From an uncultured Chitinophaga sp. (GTDB lineage: Bacteria; Bacteroidota; Bacteroidia; NS11-12g; UBA955), in NCBI GenBank assembly GCA_964438995.1, contig CAYTMQ010000003.1, positions 249,600 through 313,599 of the forward strand: a stretch of 64,000 bases of DNA, read 5' to 3'. The translations under genes were made by a program, and so were the position numbers. The notes under the pieces are model-generated. The model was not told the origin of the DNA and made no database searches. It worked only from the letters and a program-made list of their open reading frames with translations. Within the stretch, counting starts at the first letter, position 1; each line of letters opens with the position of its first letter. Shown piece by piece: positions 34,001 to 42,317 of the stretch.

Positions 34001-36622
34001 AACCACATTTAAAGGATACGCTTTACCTGTATTGATCCAACCATTGTTATCATCGATGTGCATACCTAGATATTGCTTATATGGTGAATAGGATACAGAA
34101 TATCTATCAGTACTAAAATCTCCACCAGATTCAAAGATTCTGGTGATATAAGTAGCTTTTAACATGCCTGGAGCTTGCGTTGATTCACTGTATGTTTTTC
34201 TAATATGAGCAATGCCATTATTATCGAGTTTTGAATCAAATACTGTTACTACATTACTTGAATTTTTCTCTCTCAAAGGAGAATCAAAAACAAAATCTTG
34301 ATAGCCTTTAAACTCTGTTTTAATAGCACTAAAACTCACTTCAACTCTAGCATTTAAATTTGGCGCATCTGCTCCGTGAAGCCATTTAGCAGATAATTTA
34401 CCAATAGTATCTCCAAACTTTTTATAGGTGATTTTTTGAGGGATGTCCAATTCAATTTTCAACCTATTAGGTTTTATAGTTTCTACCATAATGGTTTTAT
34501 AAAAACTTTGATTTCCAACTGTAGCACTAGCTGAGTAATTTCCAGTAATGGCGTCGGCACTTGTGAAAGTATGGAAAGAATAAAAACCATTTAAAGGATT
34601 TACGTCTACTACTTGCGAAACAGTAGTTCCATTTGGGTCTTTTAATTCAAATTTTACAGGATAATTTGATGGCAGTTTGTGGAATTTATCTTCAAGAATA
34701 AAGTTCAAATAGATAGAATCGCCTGGGCGCCAAACGCCTCTTTCGCCATAAAAGAAACCCTTCACACCATTTTGAACAATCTCGCCATCAACGTCAAACT
34801 TACTCATCGAATTGGCCATAGCATCAGACAATTTTAAATACCCTTTTTGCTGATCTTTAGATGCTATCATTAAAAAAGGTTTCGATTTTAGTGGGACATC
34901 AACCATACCTTGCTGATTGGTCACACCTTTCGCAATTAGATGCTTTGTATAATCATAATATTCAACCGTTGCACCAGCAATAGGTTCTGTAGTTACCAAA
35001 TTACTGATAAAAGCATGCGACATTTTATCTTCATCTAGTTTATAAATCATTCCAATGTTAGATGCAAGGATGTTTCTACCAACAGCTTTACCATAGTAAT
35101 AATCATTGCTGCAAGGAGATTCATCATCATAATAGTCGTACCAAGATTCGTATCCATCATCAAAACCCCATGAATTCCAATTATTCTCGCTCCAATTGTT
35201 ATCCACTTGACTTTCTGATTGGCTGCTTTGATTTTCTTCTTCATCACAATCACAGATAGCATATTCTTTTTTAAACTTGATGGATACTCTATAAATTGCA
35301 CCTGGTTCAGGGGTCATAATCTTTGATAAATCGAGCACAAACGGATTCCACTTGCCCAAGTCATTTTTTGTTTCCTTTGATAAATCTATGGTTGTTTCAG
35401 CAACTTTCTTTGCAACTCTGCTAAGTTCATCTCTTCCATCTAGGTCGTTAACTTGTAGAAATTGGTGAACATTGGTTGAAAGTATCTTCACGACTCTAAC
35501 ATCAACTTTTTTGAGACTGACAGCCTCAAATGGAAAAATCAATCCTTGTGAATTGGGCAATATGCTTCCTTTTCCGAACAATTTAACTTTTGGTTTTGAT
35601 GGTTGGAACTCCACATTACCAGAATATGATTCATTCATTTTATGACCAGCATAATTTTTAATACCTGTACTTACTCTAATTTCCTTATTGCCTTGAATAC
35701 GGTTATTAAAATATACCGTAACAACATTCCCTTCTATGCTGAAGCTTGTATTTTCAATACCTTCAACTGTAACAATTCCATTTAAATTCTGTCTAATATT
35801 AAGTCTTTCACTGAACCACAATTCAACTTTTTGAATATCGTCTTCTATCAATTTAACATCCTCCACGGTGAAATCACCTAAAGAAGGTACTTCAACCTTT
35901 TGTTCACCCCTGCTCATGACATCAATAACATTTCCATTCCATGTAACATCCACATACGACTTGGTTTCACCTTTTCGAATGCTATCAACATAAAAATAAA
36001 ACTGTCTATTATCGCTATAAAAATTCCATTTGATATCAAGATTCTTACCTTTAAAATTGACTTTAACAACTTGTTTGATTTTGGCAGTATCTTCGTAATC
36101 GGCAGTAGTAATCAAACCTGTTAATTGCATCCACTCAGAGCCATAAGAATTATAGGATTTCAAACCAACAAGAGACATGTCAATGGTTTGCGGATAAGAC
36201 ACGATTTGAAACTCGAATGACTCGTAACCTTTCTTTACTTTAGCAACTCTTTCAAGGTCGAATTTCACCTCATAAAATTGATTTGATGGAAGTATTTGGT
36301 CGGGTATAAATTCAATTTCCCTTCTATTCAACCATACAGCTTTGCCTTTGATATTTGGCGAAAACTCAAAAATTCCTTCCAAAACTTTATCATCTGGTTT
36401 TTCAAAAATAAACTTTGTGGAATCAGCACCACCAGGATTACCGTATTGATCTGCCAATTCTATTTTGATGCTTTTTTGCCTCCCAATGGCGCCAGAAGTA
36501 TAACCCGTTACATAGCGCGCATATTCTGGGTCAATTTTTTTGATGGCTTGCCTTTGTTTGTGACAAGAGATAAGTGAAATCGCCAAAACAGCTAATAAGC
36601 TTGTGAATGATTTTGTTGACAT
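31037..36622 (-). CDS. Alpha-2-macroglobulin family lipoprotein with an intact thioester (YfhM-type)
   Basis: Lipoprotein signal with lipobox LISC. 1861 aa. Thioester motif GCVEQ encoded at 32411-32425. Overall MG-domain architecture. Known functional partner of PBP1C. Confidence 0.85.
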   Translation of the reverse strand: MSTKSFTSLLAVLAISLISCHKQRQAIKKIDPEYARYVTGYTSGAIGRQKSIKIELADQYGNPGGADSTKFIFEKPDDKVLEGIFEFSPNIKGKAVWLNRREIEFIPDQILPSNQFYEVKFDLERVAKVKKGYESFEFQIVSYPQTIDMSLVGLKSYNSYGSEWMQLTGLITTADYEDTAKIKQVVKVNFKGKNLDIKWNFYSDNRQFYFYVDSIRKGETKSYVDVTWNGNVIDVMSRGEQKVEVPSLGDFTVEDVKLIEDDIQKVELWFSERLNIRQNLNGIVTVEGIENTSFSIEGNVVTVYFNNRIQGNKEIRVSTGIKNYAGHKMNESYSGNVEFQPSKPKVKLFGKGSILPNSQGLIFPFEAVSLKKVDVRVVKILSTNVHQFLQVNDLDGRDELSRVAKKVAETTIDLSKETKNDLGKWNPFVLDLSKIMTPEPGAIYRVSIKFKKEYAICDCDEEENQSSQSESQVDNNWSENNWNSWGFDDGYESWYDYYDDESPCSNDYYYGKAVGRNILASNIGMIYKLDEDKMSHAFISNLVTTEPIAGATVEYYDYTKHLIAKGVTNQQGMVDVPLKSKPFLMIASKDQQKGYLKLSDAMANSMSKFDVDGEIVQNGVKGFFYGERGVWRPGDSIYLNFILEDKFHKLPSNYPVKFELKDPNGTTVSQVVDVNPLNGFYSFHTFTSADAITGNYSASATVGNQSFYKTIMVETIKPNRLKIELDIPQKITYKKFGDTIGKLSAKWLHGADAPNLNARVEVSFSAIKTEFKGYQDFVFDSPLREKNSSNVVTVFDSKLDNNGIAHIRKTYSESTQAPGMLKATYITRIFESGGDFSTDRYSVSYSPYKQYLGMHIDDNNGWINTGKAYPLNVVAVDETGKSSEIKQVEIKVYKLEWRWWYETNDEDLSDFVSRSSALIFTDTVMSVKGKSSQYKLYFANQEYGRYLVIASDMSGGHQTGMVINVDWNGWNRDNNQNNENAQMLNFAIDKETYHPGDNIKVSVPSTSGGKVLITIENGKRVLFKQWYSTAEKETRIDVKVTEQMTPNAYIHAHFVQAHIHTKNKLPIRMYGVMPFTVDVKATHLEPVISCNSIWSPESTAIINVKESNGRPMTYTLAVVDDGLLDLTRFKTPQPWMVFYAKEALGVQTWDMYDQVIGAYAGKLDHLISIGGDGSALNPEGAKANRFKPMVRFIGPFNVSQGKVAMHKINIPSYVGSVRVMVVAGNQNGAYGNAEKTVQIKKPLMVLATLPRVLSPNESIKLPVDVFAMENHIKHVNVRIETNDLLQIEGTSNSKIQFEKNGDQIVQFTVKVNQAIGIAKVKVIAESGKEKASQEIELDVRIANPKIVESKDLLLKSGKLISHDVSIKGLKGTNKVFVEVSRVPSINLEKRLDYIIHYPHGCVEQTTSSVFPQLFVQNLMDLKKDKKASIEKNIKAGIIRLQKFQTSSGGFAYWPGESDPSEWGSNYAGHFLIEAEKMGYNVPKNMKDKWLKYQSSLAKSWTFNEHSGASYYNESVVHMQSYRLYLLALAGSPELGAMNRLREEKNLTGVNAWRLAATYELIGQHETALKISKNLSTDVKAYREYSYTYGSDFRDVAVIVEAMSLMGQYDKAQTVAEQLSTTLGSEKWLSTQETAYGLMAISSYTNTKSNATELSYSVRCNEKSFTLSSKQKMDILEIPEKDLKALNHFEVTNKSVGQLYVKILSEGIPLETEKVNFNNHINMVVTYLSLDGKSIDISKIAQGTDFIAQVSITNSGKKGYLSEMALTQIFPSGWEISNERFLLGESNDGARYKDYRDDRVNSYYEFKTGATIVIKTKLNATYLGKFYLPTVYTEAMYDKSINASAAGRWVEVVPQNSSLTLK

Positions 36623-36695
36623 GATTTTCTAAATTTGTACAACAAGATTAGCATCCATTTACACGCTTATTAGTTAACTTTTATCGTTTGTATAG

Positions 36696-36703
36696 TAAAT
36701 TTG
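36696..36703 (+). promoter_or_regulatory. Candidate Bacteroidetes -7 promoter element (TAAATTTG)
   Basis: Matches TAnnTTTG. Lies 48 nt upstream of the preferred ATG (36751) of the downstream T9SS cargo gene. Confidence 0.3.
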
Positions 36704-36750
36704 ATTATCTGCATATGAAATGCTATTATTCGTTTTTATTATCTTTGAAT

Positions 36751-38148
36751 ATGAAACTAAAGCAATTATTCCCATTCCTCTTTATTTTTTTTGCGTCAAA
36801 TAGCTATGCTTCACATATACTTAATGGAAGTATGAATGCATCCTTAGTTAAAGTCACAAATGACAGTTTAACTTATACTATTGATTTAAAATTAACTGCT
36901 ACTTGTGAACAAAATTCCATATCATTACCAAATGAATTGAACTTATGTGCGTATGATATTACTTCTGGTATTTTAATAAAATCTGGAATCCTCATATTTA
37001 ACAATGAAAAAAAGGAATCAAATTGTGTAGGCATCTGCATTAGACAATATGAATATTCTTCTACAATGAAATTACCTAGAAAATCCATGATTGTATTTAA
37101 AACTGACATTTGTTGCAGAAGAGATATAAAAAATTTGAGAAATGATGTCCAAAATATGCCTTATCTTGGCCATACATTTTATTGTAAAATTTCAGGAAAT
37201 AGTAACGCATCCAAACCATCTATTGATTTTCCATCGCATTTCAACATCAATCCAAACATTTTAGATTCAATTTCATATTCTGTTTCTGATAACTACGCTG
37301 ACTCAATAAAAATTACACCAATAGTCCCGCTCTCAGGAGCTACTTTGGCAAATAATTACCCTAATTGTAGCAACAATTTATCATTCAATTCTATTGCTCC
37401 TGCTGACTTTAATTCTGGTTATTCTGCAAATTTTCCTTTGGGAAATACTTCAACTTGGGTAATAAACAGATTACATTCTAACATTAAACTTCAATGCTCT
37501 CAAATTGGTGAGTATGTAACTGCATACAAATTGAGCTTTTATAAAAATGATTCCATTTACTATGAAGTGAACAGAGAATTAGAAGTTTTTGTTTCAAATT
37601 ATGTGCTCAACAACACCAATCAAAGTACTTTAACAGCAAAAGCATTTCCATCTCCAACAGCTGAATTAAAATGGAGCATTTGCCCACTTCATGTTAAAAA
37701 TGTCATTCTAGAAAGAAGCGATTCAATTACTACCAATTTCATTTCTATTGGTAAATTTGATGTAGCCCAAAACAGCTATTTAGACAACAATGTCAATTTT
37801 AGTAAAATCTATTACTACAGATTAAAAGTTATAAAAACCACCGACTCATTTTACAGCGACACTGTAAAAGTAACCTTTTTCAATAAATCCATTCACGATG
37901 TTGTTTTAAATGACTTCAAGATTGCTCCTAACCCTAGTCATCAATTCTTTGATATCAGCTGGCAAATGGCAGATGTCAATTCAATTGAAATACTATCAAG
38001 CAGCGGCCAAACCATTCATCAATATGTAACTCAACAAGAAAAATCTTATAGATTGGATGCATCAGAATGGACTTCTGGAGTATATGTGATTAGGTTTACT
38101 GACCAGAAAGGAAAAACCTATAACAAGAGAATTTTAAAAATAGATTAG
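36751..38148 (+). CDS. Secreted protein with a T9SS type-A C-terminal sorting domain
   Basis: Signal peptide MKLKQLFPFLFIFFASNSYA. C-terminal KIAPNPSHQFFDISW...GVYVIRFTDQKGKTYNKRILK matches the T9SS C-terminal domain. Confidence 0.65.
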   Translation: MKLKQLFPFLFIFFASNSYASHILNGSMNASLVKVTNDSLTYTIDLKLTATCEQNSISLPNELNLCAYDITSGILIKSGILIFNNEKKESNCVGICIRQYEYSSTMKLPRKSMIVFKTDICCRRDIKNLRNDVQNMPYLGHTFYCKISGNSNASKPSIDFPSHFNINPNILDSISYSVSDNYADSIKITPIVPLSGATLANNYPNCSNNLSFNSIAPADFNSGYSANFPLGNTSTWVINRLHSNIKLQCSQIGEYVTAYKLSFYKNDSIYYEVNRELEVFVSNYVLNNTNQSTLTAKAFPSPTAELKWSICPLHVKNVILERSDSITTNFISIGKFDVAQNSYLDNNVNFSKIYYYRLKVIKTTDSFYSDTVKVTFFNKSIHDVVLNDFKIAPNPSHQFFDISWQMADVNSIEILSSSGQTIHQYVTQQEKSYRLDASEWTSGVYVIRFTDQKGKTYNKRILKID

Positions 38149-38504
38149 TCTTTCGAGCTCATCATCGTAGTGCGGTGTTTACCACCCCAGTCTGCAATTT
38201 CAAACAAAACCTTGTCTAAGGTTCTGCCGTATTCTGTGATTTCATACTCAACCGTAACAGGTTTGGTATCATAAACTGTTCTTACTACCAATTGGTTAAT
38301 TTCTAAATCTCTTAGCTCTTTAGAAAGCATTTTTGCTGTAATGCCATCCAAATCTCTTTGCAATTCTTTGAAACGCTTCTTGCCAAATCTCAAAGAACCT
38401 ATGATAGGAATTTTCCATTTGCCATTCAAAATGTCCATGGTATCTCTAACTGACAGCAAGAACTTGCCGCATTCTGGTCCGTGATTTTTTGCTTTTGTTG
38501 CCAT
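38145..38504 (-). CDS. HxlR-family transcriptional regulator
   Basis: 119 aa. HxlR-type winged helix (CGKFLLSVRDTMDILNGKWKIPII..LRFGKKRFKEL). Confidence 0.85.
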   Translation of the reverse strand: MATKAKNHGPECGKFLLSVRDTMDILNGKWKIPIIGSLRFGKKRFKELQRDLDGITAKMLSKELRDLEINQLVVRTVYDTKPVTVEYEITEYGRTLDKVLFEIADWGGKHRTTMMSSKD

Positions 38505-38597
38505 TATGGTATCTTCTTGTAAACCGATATACTAAAGTAAAGTGATTACAAATATATACCATGTATCTTTAAGTTTGCAACATAATTTTATATATTT

Positions 38598-38972
38598 ATG
38601 AGAATAGTTATTTGGATACTACAAATTGCAATTGCTGGCATGTTTATAATGTCAGGATTTATGAAGGTTTCTACCCCAATAGAAGTTATGGCTGAAAAGA
38701 TGCCATGGGTAAAAGAAATGTCAGGGTTGGTAAGATTTATCGGCATATCTGAGATTCTAGGTGGATTAGGTTTGGTATTGCCTTCATTGTTAAAAATCAA
38801 ACCTTTCTTGACTACTTGGGCAGGTATTGGCTTAGCCCTAATCATGTTATTTGCTATGGTATTTCACATTGCCAGAAGCGAATATTCATCATTGCCAATC
38901 AATATTATTTTGGGTGGTATAGCACTTTATGTTGCGTATGCAAGAGTGAAAACACATCCTGTGCAACAATAA
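38598..38972 (+). CDS. DoxX-family membrane protein
   Basis: 124-aa, 4-TM protein. Divergently paired with the HxlR regulator, a common arrangement. Confidence 0.65.
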   Translation: MRIVIWILQIAIAGMFIMSGFMKVSTPIEVMAEKMPWVKEMSGLVRFIGISEILGGLGLVLPSLLKIKPFLTTWAGIGLALIMLFAMVFHIARSEYSSLPINIILGGIALYVAYARVKTHPVQQ

Positions 38973-39056
38973 AACGCATTTTCTGATATATTTCAATTTG
39001 ATTAAAAAGGGTATGATTCATCATATCCTTTTTTTATTTTAATAGGTCCATTATAT

Positions 39057-40064
39057 TTGAATTGGATGAAGACCTTTAAAGACAATCAAACATTTATTGC
39101 ACTTACTGCTCTTTGGGCTTTAGTAGAATCGGGATTTGGAGGCATGATGCATGCACTACACCTACCCTTTACCGGAATTTTTCTTGGAGGATTTTCTGTC
39201 ATCATCATCAGTCTAATAGCCCATTTTGAAACTTCTGCTTATAAGAAAATCATTCAAGCAACTTTCATTGTCATGGCCATAAAAGCTTCTGTCAATCCAT
39301 TGACTTCTCCCTTTGCCTATATAGCTGTTGCTTTTCAAGGTTTTTTAGGTGCCGGTCTGTATGCTCTAGGTAGCAGAAACCTTATAATTAATTTACTATT
39401 TGCCATTGTCGCTATGTTAGAATCAGCCATTCAAAAATTGTTGGTTGCTACTATTTGGTATGGCGATTCATGGCACATTGCATTGGACAAATTGATAGGT
39501 AGTATTTTAAAATCCATCAACATTTCTACTGAATCAAGATACGCTCTAATTGCTGTCATCATCTATCTTTCATTATATGCAATTTGGGGTATTGTATTGG
39601 GGATATGGATACATCGATTACCTCAAAAAATAGAATCTAGAATGAATGCATTTGACGATATCATGCCTGCAATAGAAGATCAGCACATAGAGAAAAAACG
39701 CAAAAAAAGATTGCCAATCATCTTATTGAGTATTGCTATGGTGTTATTGATAGGATTCTTAGTGCCTAGCAAAAATCCATGGATAGAATCGTTGACACTT
39801 TTGATTAGAACGGCCTCTATTATTCTGATATGGATGTTTGTCATAACACCTTTATGGAGAAAATTTGTTGTAAAACAGTTGGTCAACCGAGATGACGAAA
39901 GCACCCAACAAATAAAAGATAGAATTCCTTATTTAACCATGCGTGTTAAACCACTCTACAATAAGGTTTCAAAAGAATATAGAGGCATACATAAATACAA
40001 TGAATTTGTGCTTGGACTAATCGTAATAAGTTTAAAATTTGACCAAAATCCTAAGCAAGATTAA
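39057..40064 (+). CDS. Integral membrane protein of unknown function (first gene of the molybdoenzyme operon)
   Basis: 335 aa, multiple TM helices. Overlaps the downstream NTPase gene by 26 bp. Confidence 0.45.
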   Translation: MNWMKTFKDNQTFIALTALWALVESGFGGMMHALHLPFTGIFLGGFSVIIISLIAHFETSAYKKIIQATFIVMAIKASVNPLTSPFAYIAVAFQGFLGAGLYALGSRNLIINLLFAIVAMLESAIQKLLVATIWYGDSWHIALDKLIGSILKSINISTESRYALIAVIIYLSLYAIWGIVLGIWIHRLPQKIESRMNAFDDIMPAIEDQHIEKKRKKRLPIILLSIAMVLLIGFLVPSKNPWIESLTLLIRTASIILIWMFVITPLWRKFVVKQLVNRDDESTQQIKDRIPYLTMRVKPLYNKVSKEYRGIHKYNEFVLGLIVISLKFDQNPKQD

Positions 40065-40533
40065 CATATTGAGTGCACCAATTCACAGTGGAAAATCTAC
40101 TGCTTTAAAACATTTCATTTTACAAAATGGCAATTGTTGTGGTATTCTTTGTCCTGATATCAATAATTTTAGATGCCTCGAGAACATTGAAACTGGGAAT
40201 ATTATGCCATTTCAAAAACTAGTACATGATGGTGACAATGATATCTTAGTTGGTCATTATATCTTTTCACATCACGGATTTGAAACAGCTAAAAACATTC
40301 TTAAAAACATACCTATTGATACTCAAAAATGGATTATAATTGATGAAATAGGCAAGCTAGAACTCAATGGTGGCGGACTAGAACCAGCATTTGGCAAACT
40401 TCTTAAAGCCATCCAAGAATACCAACTCAATTGTATCATCGTCGTTCGTGATTATCTTCTAGAACAAGCCATCAAACATTACGACATTAAACAATACAAA
40501 CTACTAACGATAGATGACCTATATGCAAAATGA
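40039..40533 (+). CDS. Small P-loop NTPase, THEP1/COG1618-like (occupies the position usually taken by MobB)
   Basis: Walker A SAPIHSGKST. IIDEIGKLEL motif resembling the THEP1 NTPase DEIGKMEL. 164 aa. Confidence 0.5.
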   Translation: MTKILSKINILSAPIHSGKSTALKHFILQNGNCCGILCPDINNFRCLENIETGNIMPFQKLVHDGDNDILVGHYIFSHHGFETAKNILKNIPIDTQKWIIIDEIGKLELNGGGLEPAFGKLLKAIQEYQLNCIIVVRDYLLEQAIKHYDIKQYKLLTIDDLYAK

Positions 40534-41104
40534 TTTGATAGGAGTTGTTTTAGCTGGCGGTCAGTCTGAAAGAATGACTTGTGATAAAGCCTTTCTAAAA
40601 TATAGAGACATACCCCAATATCAGTTTTTATTTGAAATGCTCCAAAAGCACTGTCACAAAACAGTTATTTCTGCCAATCAACATCAGAAATTTGAGCAAA
40701 CATCTATTGTAGATGCAGAGGCTTATCAAGGCTTCGGACCACCAGCTGCTTGGTTGAGTGTTTTTGATTATTGCGCATCAGCAATCATCATATTAGGCGT
40801 CGATTACCCCTACTTTGACGAACATGAATTGCAACATTTATTGGCACATAGAGACAAAACATGTGTAGCAAGTGTTTGCTATAACGGGACAACTGGCTTT
40901 TACGAACCAATGCTTGGCATCTATGAACTCTCTTTTTTTAAACTACTCAAAGAAGCCAAATCAGATCAGCCAATTTCCATACAAAACATCTTGAGAAACA
41001 ATCAAACAAAAAAAGTGATACCTTTGAATTCGTCGTCCATTCAAAGTGTTGATACCATGGATGAATATGAAAAAGTAAAATCAATTTTACATGACAAACA
41101 TTGA
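40514..41104 (+). CDS. mobA: Molybdenum cofactor guanylyltransferase MobA
   Basis: LIGVVLAGGQSERMTCDKAFL matches the MobA N-terminal signature (LAGGxSxRMG..DK). ~190 aa. Confidence 0.8.
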   Translation: MTYMQNDLIGVVLAGGQSERMTCDKAFLKYRDIPQYQFLFEMLQKHCHKTVISANQHQKFEQTSIVDAEAYQGFGPPAAWLSVFDYCASAIIILGVDYPYFDEHELQHLLAHRDKTCVASVCYNGTTGFYEPMLGIYELSFFKLLKEAKSDQPISIQNILRNNQTKKVIPLNSSSIQSVDTMDEYEKVKSILHDKH

Positions 41105-41912
41105 GATTCAACAATTGAGTATTTTAAAATACAATGGCTCTGAAAGCACCAAAACAAACGATTCTGTTGCATTAGAAGAGCCTCTTGAAATCTCTATTGT
41201 TCAAAATGTATTGAACAATAGACAGGAAAAGCCAATTTCTATCACCATGCGAACTCCTGGTGCTGATAAAGAGTTGGCTGTTGGATTTCTATTTACCGAA
41301 GGCATTATTGAACAATACAATCAAATAGACAAAGTAGTACAAATTGAACCCAACAAAATAGCAATAGAAATAGCTGATGGAGTAAGTTTAAATACCGAAA
41401 AACTAGACAGACATTTTTATACGAACAGCAGCTGTGGTGTTTGCGGTAAATCAAGCATTGACAACCTCATAAGTGTGAGTGGAAAAAGCAGTATCCCAAT
41501 ACTTGAACACGTCAATACTGAAATTGTATATCTATTAAATGATACTGTGAAATCTGCACAGTCTGTCTTTAAATCGACTGGCGGTTTGCATGCTTCTGCA
41601 TTGTTTGACACGAATGGTATATTGAAAGGGTTATACGAAGATGTTGGAAGACACAACGCATTAGACAAATTGATAGGAAAAGCTTTGCTTGATGGAAAAA
41701 CACCATTGCACAATCATCTATTATTTTTAAGCGGTAGAGCTAGTTTCGAGTTGATACAAAAAGCCATTATGGGCAATATACCAATAGTGTGTGCATTAGG
41801 AGCACCATCATCTATGGCTATAGAGCTTGCTGGTCAATTCAACATCACTTTAATTGGTTTCTTAAAAAGCAATAGTTTTAATCTTTACACAGCCCCAGAA
41901 AGGGTTGTTTAA
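41091..41912 (+). CDS. fdhD: Formate dehydrogenase accessory sulfurtransferase FdhD
   Basis: 273 aa. Conserved SSCGVCGK cysteine motif of FdhD. Overlaps the mobA stop. Confidence 0.8.
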   Translation: MTNIEIQQLSILKYNGSESTKTNDSVALEEPLEISIVQNVLNNRQEKPISITMRTPGADKELAVGFLFTEGIIEQYNQIDKVVQIEPNKIAIEIADGVSLNTEKLDRHFYTNSSCGVCGKSSIDNLISVSGKSSIPILEHVNTEIVYLLNDTVKSAQSVFKSTGGLHASALFDTNGILKGLYEDVGRHNALDKLIGKALLDGKTPLHNHLLFLSGRASFELIQKAIMGNIPIVCALGAPSSMAIELAGQFNITLIGFLKSNSFNLYTAPERVV

Positions 41913-41948
41913 ATCAATAGATTTCATATATTTGTTTTAAAATTTGAT

Positions 41949-42317
41949 ATGAAAATCAGGATTAAAGGCAATTCTGTTAGATTTAGATTGACCCGTTCTG
42001 AAGTTGAAAAGTTCAGCAGAGAAGGGTATATAGAAGACATAACAGAATTTCCAGGCACTACTTTCAAATATGCTTTAAAAGCCTCTGCGTCTGTAGACAC
42101 TTTGGACGTTGATATGCTAGACAATACCATCACCATTCTATTTCCAGATGCTGAAAAACTAGATTGGTACAATTCTGATAGAGTGACGTATAAAGAACTT
42201 AAAAAACTAGACAATGGAAAAGCCATTGGTATATTGGTTGAAAAAGACTTCGCATGTTTGGACCATGTTGACGAAGACCAATCTGACAACTACCCAAACC
42301 CAAATAAAACTTGCTAA
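41949..42317 (+). CDS. Small conserved-looking hypothetical protein embedded in the molybdoenzyme operon
   Basis: 122 aa. Stop overlaps the start of the downstream oxidoreductase (TAATGG). No recognisable motif. Confidence 0.4.
   Translation: MKIRIKGNSVRFRLTRSEVEKFSREGYIEDITEFPGTTFKYALKASASVDTLDVDMLDNTITILFPDAEKLDWYNSDRVTYKELKKLDNGKAIGILVEKDFACLDHVDEDQSDNYPNPNKTC

Noticed and set aside
35047-35301. Overlapping small ORFs on both strands (35047-35301 minus strand, 35062-35259 plus strand) inside the alpha-2-macroglobulin gene
   Set aside because: They fall in a region encoding a repetitive acidic/aromatic linker (WNSWGFDDGYESWYDYYDDE). The compositional bias creates spurious open frames.
40039-40533. 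Calling the small P-loop protein MobB
   Set aside because: Its position next to mobA suggests MobB, but the IIDEIGKLEL motif and overall pattern fit THEP1/COG1618 NTPases better. It is reported as a MobB-position NTPase only.
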